From NCBI GenBank assembly GCA_035602775.1, contig DATNLS010000030.1:1-43971 (forward strand): a stretch of 43,971 nt of DNA, written 5' to 3'. The notes under the pieces were generated by a model that did not search any database, was not told the DNA's origin, and was given only the letters and a program-made list of their open reading frames with translations. Origin of the DNA: Candidatus Acidiferrales bacterium. GTDB lineage: Bacteria; Desulfobacterota; Binatia; Binatales; Binataceae. The translations under genes were made by a program, and so were the position numbers. This document shows positions 36,811 through 43,971 of this stretch, piece after piece (position 1 is the stretch's first letter; each line of letters starts with the position of its first letter).

Positions 36811-37651
36811 CCGGACGCGCGATCGTTACGCGCTGGGCGCATCGCTCGCCGCGATGCTGCTAGTCCTGTTCGCGAGTGCGCTCGCCAGGGCGCAGTCCGG
36901 CGCCGATACGACCACCGCCTCCGAAACCTGGAAGACCGCCGCCGCATCTGCCGCGGCCACCAGTGCTGCCTCCGGAACTCCATCGAACCTGGTCCCGACG
37001 CCAGTGGAAAACACCGGAACAACACTGCCGGGCACCGCCGAGATCCCAGCCGCGCCTTCCCCCGACGCCTTGCAGCAGCAACTGTCCCCGGACTTCGCGG
37101 CCGATTCGCAGACATCCGCGGATCCGGAGTCGTCGAACGAAAGCAACAACGACATCGCGCGCTACCAGGAAGAGCAGAACGGGATGCCGCCGCAGCAGGC
37201 TCTCCAGCAGTTCGGCACCGACGGCGAGCTTTCGACTCCGTTCGGAATGCAATTGCGCGAAGCAAAGCGCACGCTCAAATCCGGCGAGGACGCCGACGGC
37301 TTGCTCATCACGGCGGTGGCGAAGGGCAGCCCCGCGGCCGTGGCCGGTTTGCACCCCTATAGTCATGCTGTGCATGACGCGCTGGCGGGTGTCGCAATGG
37401 TGGGGGCGATGGTTCCCGGCGGACAGCCCGCGATTCTTCTGATACCCGTGCTCGATATTTTCCAAATCGGCGAGAGCTACGACATGATCATCGGCGTCGA
37501 CGGTTCGCGCGTGACGAACTTTCTCGACTTCGAGGATCGCATGCGCGATCTGCAGCCGGGCGAAATCATTTACCTGAGCGTCCTGCGCAACGGTAAGCGC
37601 TTGCAGGTAACAATCCCGATAACCGCGACCACCCTACAAGCCACCAACTGA
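36785..37651 (+). CDS. Secreted PDZ-domain protein with low-complexity N-terminal region
   Basis: Signal peptide ...LLVLFASALARAQS. PDZ signatures GLLITAVAKGSPAAVAGL and DMIIGVDGSRVTNFLDFEDRMRDLQPGEIIYLSVLRNGKRLQVTI. The ATG at 36785 overlaps the MBL gene by 26 nt. Confidence 0.7.
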   Translation: MKSAGVSTSRTRDRYALGASLAAMLLVLFASALARAQSGADTTTASETWKTAAASAAATSAASGTPSNLVPTPVENTGTTLPGTAEIPAAPSPDALQQQLSPDFAADSQTSADPESSNESNNDIARYQEEQNGMPPQQALQQFGTDGELSTPFGMQLREAKRTLKSGEDADGLLITAVAKGSPAAVAGLHPYSHAVHDALAGVAMVGAMVPGGQPAILLIPVLDIFQIGESYDMIIGVDGSRVTNFLDFEDRMRDLQPGEIIYLSVLRNGKRLQVTIPITATTLQATN

Positions 37652-37670
37652 CGCCGCTGCAATTCTCTCC

Positions 37671-37699
37671 TTTACGCGCGCGCCCGGTTTCTCTATATA
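37671..37699 (+). promoter_or_regulatory. Candidate sigma70-type promoter for the panBC leader
   Basis: TTTACG (37671-37676), a 17-nt spacer, then TATATA (37694-37699). Based on sequence match only. Confidence 0.3.
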
Positions 37700-37836
37700 C
37701 TTGAAATTGGTCCGTCGAGGATTTTTCCCGGCGAGACGGGGTTGAGAGGACATTTGTAGTCTGCTCGCGCCTGGATCCGATGAGGACCGGGACTCCGAGT
37801 GATTCGAGCGCTCGTTCCTTCGAGATTGCTCTGATG

Positions 37837-37871
37837 CGGGGTTGCCGGTGCGCGGCAGCCCCGATTTTTTT
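37837..37871 (+). terminator. Canonical intrinsic terminator inside the panB 5' leader (attenuator/riboswitch expression platform candidate)
   Basis: CGGGGTTGCCG (37837-47), loop GTGCG, CGGCAGCCCCG (37853-63): an 11-bp stem with one G.U pair. Followed by A and TTTTTTT (37865-71). Ends 35 nt before the panB ATG. Confidence 0.6.
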
Positions 37872-37905
37872 GAGTAGGGAGCAACCGAAGCGAGTGAGTG
37901 AGAAT

Positions 37906-38748
37906 ATGACGCAAGAAAAAGTTCGCGTGCCCGATCTCGCGCGCATGAAGGCGGCGCACCAGCCGATCACGATGCTGACCGCGTACGACTTTCCGTTCGC
38001 CAGGATTTTCGACAACTGCGGCGTCGACGTGCTGCTCATCGGCGACAGCCTCGGCATGGCGGTGCGCGGCGAGGACAGCACGCTCGCCGTCACGATCGAC
38101 GAAATCATCTACCACACCCGCGCGGTCGCGCGTGCGCGGCGCCGTGCGCTGGTCGTCGCGGACATGCCGTTCCTCTCGTATCAGGTGAGTCCCGAAGATG
38201 CGCTGCGCAACGCCGGCCGTCTGATCAAGGAAGGCGGCGCCGAAGCGGTCAAGCTCGAAGGCGGGGTCGCGATCGCCGAGGCGGTCGCGAGAATCGCGGC
38301 GGTCGATATTCCCGTGATGGGCCACGTCGGGCTTACGCCGCAATCGATTCATCGGATGGGTGGTCATCGCGTGCAAGGCCGCAAATCAGGGCGTGCTGCC
38401 GGATGCCGCGAACGCCTGCTCGAAGACGCCGCCGCACTTGAAGCCGCCGGCGCCTTCGCGATCGTGATCGAGGGCGTGCCGCCGTCATTGGCGCGCGAGA
38501 TAACTGCCAGCGTCGCGATCCCGACTATCGGCATCGGCGCCGGCCCCGATTGCGACGGCCAGGTGCTCGTGATGCACGACATGCTCGGCCTCTACGAATC
38601 GTGCGCACCGCGCTTCGCCAAGCCGTTCGCGCACTTGTGGAACGAAGCCGCGTCCGCTGCCGAGGCCTACGTGCGCGAAGTAAAAGAGCGCGCGTTTCCC
38701 GCGCCGGAACATTGCTACGCCGAATCAAGGAGGGCGCCCACGCGATGA
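37906..38748 (+). CDS. panB: 3-methyl-2-oxobutanoate hydroxymethyltransferase
   Basis: ITMLTAYD, LLIGDSLGM, VKLEGG, IPVMGHVGLTPQS, IGIGAG. ATG 37906 is chosen because the upstream extension to 37780 runs through the terminator hairpin. Confidence 0.93.
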   Translation: MTQEKVRVPDLARMKAAHQPITMLTAYDFPFARIFDNCGVDVLLIGDSLGMAVRGEDSTLAVTIDEIIYHTRAVARARRRALVVADMPFLSYQVSPEDALRNAGRLIKEGGAEAVKLEGGVAIAEAVARIAAVDIPVMGHVGLTPQSIHRMGGHRVQGRKSGRAAGCRERLLEDAAALEAAGAFAIVIEGVPPSLAREITASVAIPTIGIGAGPDCDGQVLVMHDMLGLYESCAPRFAKPFAHLWNEAASAAEAYVREVKERAFPAPEHCYAESRRAPTR

Positions 38749-39590
38749 TGATCATTACCTCGCCCGCCGAAATGACCCGTTTTTCCAGTGACGCGATCCA
38801 ACGCGGTGAGCGGATCGGGCTGGTGCCGACGATGGGCTTTCTGCACGACGGCCATCTGACCCTGATGCGCGAGGGCCGCCGCGAGTCGTCAGTGCTGGTC
38901 GCGTCGATCTTCGTCAATCCGACGCAGTTCGGACCCGGCGAGGACTTCGCGCGCTATCCTCGCAACTTCGAGCGCGACTGCGCGATGCTCGAGACGGTAC
39001 CGGTGGACGTCGTCTTCGCGCCCGCGCCGAGTGCGATGTACTCGCCTGACGCGCAGACCACGGTCGACGCCGGCGACATCACCAGCGGTCTCTGCGGCGC
39101 GCATCGCCCCACACATTTCCGCGGCGTGACTACGGTGGTCGCCAAGCTGTTCAACATCGTGAAACCGCATCTCGCGGTCTTTGGCGAAAAAGATTTTCAG
39201 CAGTTGCGCGCGATCCAGAAGATGGTGCGCGATCTGAATTTCGACGTGGAAATTGTGCCGGTGCCGATAGTGCGCGAAAAAGACGGCCTCGCAATGAGTT
39301 CGCGCAACGCTTACCTCTCGCCGACCGAGCGCGAAGACGCACTAGCGTTGAGCCTCGCGTTACGCGCCGCCCGCGACAAGCATCGCACCGACCCATGCTG
39401 CGCCGAGGAAATAGTGTTCGCAGCAACCCGAGTCCTGAAGCGGACGAAAACTGTCGAGATCGAATACGTAGAAGCAGTAGATGCCGAAACGCTGGCGCGT
39501 CATCCGTCTCTTGATCGTCCAATCCTGATCGCAATCGCAGCGCGAGTAGGCAAGACGCGCCTGATCGACAATGTAGTGCTCAACCCCTGA
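38745..39590 (+). CDS. panC: Pantoate--beta-alanine ligase
   Basis: VPTMGFLHDGHLTL, ASIFVNPTQFGP, FGEKDFQQL, MSSRN. ATG 38745 overlaps the panB stop (ATGA). Confidence 0.93.
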   Translation: MMIITSPAEMTRFSSDAIQRGERIGLVPTMGFLHDGHLTLMREGRRESSVLVASIFVNPTQFGPGEDFARYPRNFERDCAMLETVPVDVVFAPAPSAMYSPDAQTTVDAGDITSGLCGAHRPTHFRGVTTVVAKLFNIVKPHLAVFGEKDFQQLRAIQKMVRDLNFDVEIVPVPIVREKDGLAMSSRNAYLSPTEREDALALSLALRAARDKHRTDPCCAEEIVFAATRVLKRTKTVEIEYVEAVDAETLARHPSLDRPILIAIAARVGKTRLIDNVVLNP

Positions 39591-39627
39591 GCGCACATCC
39601 GCTTCCGCGACTAGGGCCAGGACGCAG

Positions 39628-39942
39628 TCAGGTCATCAGCAGGATCAGCAGGCCGCCGGTTACGATGAAGCCGCCGCCTAGCATGATTCGGTCGTCGGGG
39701 ATTTGCTTAAAGAGAATCAGCGAAATCGTCTGCGACACTACGAAGAAGACCGCGATGTAGATTCCCATCAGGCGATTGAAATCTACGCTGCTTTGATTGA
39801 CCAGCACTCCGTACGCGACGAGCGTGAACGCGCCTGCCGCCAGCGGGTAACCATAGCTGCGCAGTCCTATCCGAACGAGCGCAAGGCCACCTACCTCAAG
39901 CACTGCTGCAAGCAGCAGGATCGCGAGAGTCTTTAGAATCAA
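39628..39942 (-). CDS. Small 4-TM membrane protein, SMR/DMT-superfamily-like (YnfA/UPF0060-like)
   Basis: 104 aa with four hydrophobic helices and a membrane-embedded Glu in TM1 (AVLEVGGLAL), as in SMR-type proteins. Starts 12 nt after the radical SAM stop. Confidence 0.6.
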   Translation of the reverse strand: MILKTLAILLLAAVLEVGGLALVRIGLRSYGYPLAAGAFTLVAYGVLVNQSSVDFNRLMGIYIAVFFVVSQTISLILFKQIPDDRIMLGGGFIVTGGLLILLMT

Positions 39943-39954
39943 AGCCCGGTTGGC

Positions 39955-41286
39955 CTAATAGTAATCAACCGGATCGATCTGACGCTTCGCGCCCCAATAG
40001 AAGAGCATGTTCTCGGTCAATCCCTGCCAGGTGAACTTGCCCGGCGGCATCAGCAGCCGCTTGAACATCGACTTCAGCGAGTAGAACTCCTTGGTGCAGC
40101 GCCACACGCCTTCTTCGACTTCCTGCGGCGACATGTTCTTGGGCACGAACATGCAACGGAAGTTGTTGGTGTAGAGGTCGGCGTCGGGGATTATCACGCG
40201 GCCCTCATTCTCGAGCTGCGTGCGCATCGGAGTGCCGACGCGTGGCGTCACCGTGTTGAAGAAGGCCTCAGGCGCCTTGACCTCGTGCAGGAACTTCAGC
40301 GTTTCGTCGAAAACTCCCGGACGATCCTCTTCCAGGCCGAACAGGAAATTGAGCGAGTAGTAGATCCCGTATTTTTCCAGTTTCTTGAGCAACTTCTTGT
40401 ACTGCGACGCGTGATTCTGAATCTTGTTCATCGACAGCAGGCTATCCTGGCTGATCGATTCCACCCCGATATTGACGTGGAAAATTCCCGCCTTGGCCGC
40501 GAGCTCGAGCAAATCGTCGTCGTGATTCGAGTTGATCGTCCACAGGCATGAGAACCGGATGTTGAGCGGCTCGAGCGCCTTGAACAGCTCGCGCGCGAAC
40601 TTGTGCTTGCCGGTGATCTGATCGTCGATGAACTGAAAGCGTTTGAAGCCGGTGATTTTGACGACCTGCTTGATCTCTTCAACGATGTCCTCGATCGGCC
40701 GCGTGCGATACGCGCCGTCATAGAACACCGGAATTTCGCAGAACGAGCATCGATACGGGCATCCGCGGCTGGCCTGAACCGGCACCGCCTTGAACAGATA
40801 GCGATTGAGCTTGAGCAACTCGTGACGAGGGCGGGGCAGGTTTTTCAGATCGTGAACCTTGTCGGCTTTGTAAACCTGCTTGAGCTTGCCGTCGCGCCAG
40901 TCCTGCAGTAGCTCGGGCCAGACCAGGTCGGCCTCGCCCTTCACGACTGCGTCGCAATGATGCAGTGCCTCTTCGGTCTGCAACGTCGCATGGAATCCGC
41001 CGAAGACCACGGGGATGCCGCGTTTGCGGAACTCGTCGCCCAGCTGGTACGCGCGCAATGACGCGCCGATGGTGGTCGTCATACCGACCAGGTCCCAGCC
41101 GCCGTCGAAGTTGATGTTTTCGAGCCGCTCGTCGCACAGCGTCACGTCGTATTCGTCGGGCGTCAATCCCGCCATCAGCGGAATCATCAGCCCCATGATC
41201 AGCCGCCACCGCGTCTTGTGCGGCGTGCCATCCAGATGGACCGTCGTAGGTTGCACCAGGAGAATTCGTGGCTTCTTGCCGTTCAT
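39955..41286 (-). CDS. B12-binding-domain radical SAM protein (COG1032-type)
   Basis: N-terminal Rossmann-like B12-binding region (RILLVQP...DLVGMTTT...PVVFGGFHAT). Radical SAM cluster motif C176-PYR-C180-SF-C183. Long C-terminal extension. Confidence 0.9.
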   Translation of the reverse strand: MNGKKPRILLVQPTTVHLDGTPHKTRWRLIMGLMIPLMAGLTPDEYDVTLCDERLENINFDGGWDLVGMTTTIGASLRAYQLGDEFRKRGIPVVFGGFHATLQTEEALHHCDAVVKGEADLVWPELLQDWRDGKLKQVYKADKVHDLKNLPRPRHELLKLNRYLFKAVPVQASRGCPYRCSFCEIPVFYDGAYRTRPIEDIVEEIKQVVKITGFKRFQFIDDQITGKHKFARELFKALEPLNIRFSCLWTINSNHDDDLLELAAKAGIFHVNIGVESISQDSLLSMNKIQNHASQYKKLLKKLEKYGIYYSLNFLFGLEEDRPGVFDETLKFLHEVKAPEAFFNTVTPRVGTPMRTQLENEGRVIIPDADLYTNNFRCMFVPKNMSPQEVEEGVWRCTKEFYSLKSMFKRLLMPPGKFTWQGLTENMLFYWGAKRQIDPVDYY

Positions 41287-41311
41287 ACTACCTCCGCCCG
41301 CAGGCCTCGAT

Positions 41312-42502
41312 TCATTCCTGCAGGCTTTGAGCCGTGATTGACGATGCGGTTCGGCCGGTTAGCCATATCAGCACCAGCGCGAATACGTAAGTTCCGAACG
41401 CTGTTCCCCAAGCGAAGTACTCTAGCCGATTAATTAAAGCCAATACGACGAGCATGTACGCGAAATCGCGCCCGCTCCATCGATCGACCTTGTCGAGCCA
41501 TTGCGCCGCCTGCTCGCCTTTTACGTTGAAGGCGCGCCAGGTCGCGACCGCGCACATCGCAAATCCGCCGAGCTGTACAGGAATCAGGTACAGGTAAGCG
41601 ACGCTGTGCGCGACGCGGTAGCATCCGACCATCAAGCCGATGAACACCGCGGCGTGCACGATATTGTCGGTGACGACGTCGAGCGTCCCGCCGAAATCGC
41701 TCTCGACCATCTTGAGCCGCGCGAGTTCACCGTCGACGCCGTCGATCGTGATTGAAATCAAAAAGAAAATCGCGGCGAACAGGCGCATCCAGTAATTCGG
41801 CACGGCGAACATCCACGCACACGCCAGCCCGAACATCGTGTTGGCGACCGTCACCATGTTCGGCGTCAGGCGCGTATGCTTTGCGAGCCAGTAGCTGATT
41901 CGCCACGAAATCTTGCGGTCCACCCATCGCGCCATCGGCGCGTCCTTATGCGCCGACTCCTCGCGAATCGATTTCGCCAGCCGCAGTTCGGCTTCTTCGC
42001 GATCCTCGGGCCGCCCGTTCAGCGCAAATGGCAGCAGACTCGCCGAGGGCCCCGCAACGCTGTTGGCAATTCCGCCTCGCTTCAGGATTGCGCCGATCGG
42101 CCCGGTCGCGATTTCGCCGCCGCAATCGTGGTCGGTGCTGACCGCGCGATGTACCGACTTCGGATCGGCCACATGGGCGTCCAGGATGCGGGCGAGGTGA
42201 GACTTGGCGAATACCAGGTTGCCCGAAAATGACACGCACGGCGCCGACGAGTCGATGCCCAATTCCTGTGCATTCCGCAGATTCAGAATCTCGCCGAACG
42301 ATTCGACCATCGAGACCGTGTCAGAATTCTTGAACCGGCCCATCGCGCGCGCAACGTCCGGATATCGCTCACGCGACGCCGCGACGACGAACCTTTTGAT
42401 CCCGGCGCGCTCGCAATTGATCATCAGCCGCTCTAACAGCGGGCGTCCGAAGACCGCATTATCCGCTCGGTCAGGCGCGGCGATTAAAGCAGTTTCAATC
42501 AA
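41312..42502 (-). CDS. Fusion protein: degenerate nucleotidyltransferase-like N-terminal domain + CDP-alcohol phosphatidyltransferase membrane domain
   Basis: C-terminal half has multiple TM helices and an intact D257-G-E-L-A-R-x8-G-x3-D-x3-D279 motif (nt 41666-41734). The N-terminal roughly 190 aa is soluble: ALIAAPDRADNAVFGRPLLERL...AGIKRFVV. TTG start has AGGA 7 nt upstream. Confidence 0.85.
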   Translation of the reverse strand: MIETALIAAPDRADNAVFGRPLLERLMINCERAGIKRFVVAASRERYPDVARAMGRFKNSDTVSMVESFGEILNLRNAQELGIDSSAPCVSFSGNLVFAKSHLARILDAHVADPKSVHRAVSTDHDCGGEIATGPIGAILKRGGIANSVAGPSASLLPFALNGRPEDREEAELRLAKSIREESAHKDAPMARWVDRKISWRISYWLAKHTRLTPNMVTVANTMFGLACAWMFAVPNYWMRLFAAIFFLISITIDGVDGELARLKMVESDFGGTLDVVTDNIVHAAVFIGLMVGCYRVAHSVAYLYLIPVQLGGFAMCAVATWRAFNVKGEQAAQWLDKVDRWSGRDFAYMLVVLALINRLEYFAWGTAFGTYVFALVLIWLTGRTASSITAQSLQE

Positions 42503-42682
42503 TGGCGTCCTGTTAAAACCCGGTTTCCCCCTTCCTCAATTCCGGAACCGTAACACAGCGATAACCTCAGCGGAAGTAGTAGTGCTGATACATCCTCCAC
42601 CAATTATGAGTTCGTCTATTGATCGGGGCAAATAAAATCGCAACTGGAGGCGGGCTACCGCGGCTGGTAAACTGGCCAGATC

Positions 42683-43411
42683 GTGGCCACGATTACCGCT
42701 CTACTATTCGATTTCGGCGGCACGCTCGACGGGCCCGCGCATTGGCTCGATCGTTTCCTCATGAGCTACCGCGCCGCTGGAGTCGAAATTACGCGCGCCG
42801 AGCTCGACCCGGCCTTCGATCACGCGACCCGAATCGGCTATGGCGCGACGCGGGTCGTGTCGCGCTTCGGCCTGACTGATCTCGTTCGCTTTCTCGTTGG
42901 CCATCAATTCGAGTATTTGAGGAAGAGCGGCCCCGAGCCGATGCGCAAAATACTCGACGACACGGGCGCCAGTGGACGTCATCAGTTGGTCGAGAGTGTC
43001 ACGAAGTCCTTCGTCCGCGAGACGGCCGCCGGGCTGGCGCACAGCCGCCAGGTGATCGGCCCGCTCCCCGGCCGCTTCATCTTGGGCATCGTGTCGAACT
43101 TTTATGGAAATCTCGATCGCGTTCTCGAAGAGGCGAAGCTCGATCGATTCTTCGCGGCGGTTGCCGACTCATCGCGCGTCGGAATTTTCAAACCCGATCC
43201 GGGCATCTTCGAAGCCGCATTGAAAAAAATGCGTTGCGCGCCCGAATCGGTCGCAATGATCGGCGACTCGCTCGCCAAGGATTGCGCGCCCGCGCACAAG
43301 CTCGGGATGCGCACCGTCTGGCTGTGCACCGAACCGCGCCACGATGAAGATTCCTTCTCCGCCGACGTCACTATCCGAAGTATCGACGAAGTTGCGCAAA
43401 TCCAATGGTGA
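42683..43411 (+). CDS. HAD-superfamily hydrolase (subfamily IA, REG-2/HDHD3-like)
   Basis: Motif I LLFDFGGTL, motif II GIVSNF, motif III KPDPGIF, motif IV MIGDSLAKD. GTG start. Confidence 0.85.
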   Translation: MATITALLFDFGGTLDGPAHWLDRFLMSYRAAGVEITRAELDPAFDHATRIGYGATRVVSRFGLTDLVRFLVGHQFEYLRKSGPEPMRKILDDTGASGRHQLVESVTKSFVRETAAGLAHSRQVIGPLPGRFILGIVSNFYGNLDRVLEEAKLDRFFAAVADSSRVGIFKPDPGIFEAALKKMRCAPESVAMIGDSLAKDCAPAHKLGMRTVWLCTEPRHDEDSFSADVTIRSIDEVAQIQW

Positions 43412-43971
43412 AGGAATTACAGGGAGCGATCATTGCCGCCGGCCGCGGCGAGCGCTTGCGCATCTCGACCCGCGACGACATTCCCAAGCCGCTGGTCATG
43501 CTCGGCGGCGAGGCGATGCTCTCGCGGCAAGCGCGCGCGCTGCTCGAAGCGGGCGCGTCGTCGGTCGTCGCGGTGATCAATTCGGAGACGGCGCGCGTCG
43601 CGACCAAAATGGCGCTCGAGTTTCCGCCGTCGCTACGCCTGGTCGTGCGCGATACTGCCAACTCGATGGAGACGATGCTCGAGCTCGCCGACGTGCTCGA
43701 GCCCGGATGGTTTATCGCATCGACGGTTGACGCTGTAATTCCACAGACGGAACTCGCGCGGTTTGTTAATGAGTCGCGCAGGAAAATCGAGGAGTGCCGC
43801 GATGAAAATCTGGCCGGTGTGCTGGCCGTTACCCGATGGCGCGGCGAGGCCACGCCGCTTTTCGCCGATGTAACATCAAATGGGTTGATCCAACGGCTCG
43901 GTAGCCGTCAGACTTCTATGGTAACGGCGGGACTCTATGTTCTGTCGACGCGAGTTTTCGATTACGCCACC
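43405..43971 (+). CDS. Nucleotidyltransferase (NTP_transferase/MobA-like fold), 3' end outside window
   Basis: Hand translation is open to the window end: MVKELQGAIIAAGRGERLRISTRDDIPKPLVMLGGEAML.... It has the canonical G-x-G-x-R and PKPL motifs. Start is ATG 43405 or GTG 43408; the latter overlaps the HAD stop (GTGA). It is absent from the ORF track because no stop is reached. Confidence 0.8.
   Translation, partial: MVKELQGAIIAAGRGERLRISTRDDIPKPLVMLGGEAMLSRQARALLEAGASSVVAVINSETARVATKMALEFPPSLRLVVRDTANSMETMLELADVLEPGWFIASTVDAVIPQTELARFVNESRRKIEECRDENLAGVLAVTRWRGEATPLFADVTSNGLIQRLGSRQTSMVTAGLYVLSTRVFDYAT

Overview
High-GC (about 60% by eye), densely coding bacterial chromosomal segment. I found no rRNA, CRISPR array, transposase or integrase. 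All calls come from reading the supplied translations and the DNA by eye; no database search was run, so family names rest on motif recognition.

Content, left to right:
- (1) The 3' end of an APC permease, a small orphan ORF, and a ManC-like nucleotidyltransferase.
- (2) A 12.3-kb plus-strand gene string: glgX-treY-treZ, a GH15 hydrolase, and a 4-gene sugar ABC importer. Junctions are tight or overlapping. A striking AT-rich island with a 21-bp-phased direct repeat precedes it.
- (3) A convergent minus-strand GlgE-pathway operon: glgE, a treS-maltokinase fusion, glgB, and a small repeat protein.
- (4) An accessory-looking stretch: an ABC exporter, an MFS transporter joined to a secreted 7-blade Kelch propeller, a GDE-type glucosidase, a GT4 glycosyltransferase interrupted by an in-frame TGA, a Cys-containing Ala/Ser/Gly-repeat secreted protein, and tRNA-Pro(GGG).
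- (5) Housekeeping genes: SDR, coaX, MBL hydrolase, PDZ protein, and panB-panC. The panB leader carries a candidate promoter plus a canonical intrinsic terminator, so it is a riboswitch or attenuator candidate.
- (6) The most unusual module, at the right end. A minus-strand operon encodes a degenerate-nucleotidyltransferase::CDP-alcohol phosphatidyltransferase fusion, a B12-binding radical SAM enzyme and an SMR-like 4-TM protein. It diverges from a HAD-superfamily hydrolase and a canonical nucleotidyltransferase that is cut by the window end. I cannot match this combination to a characterised pathway.
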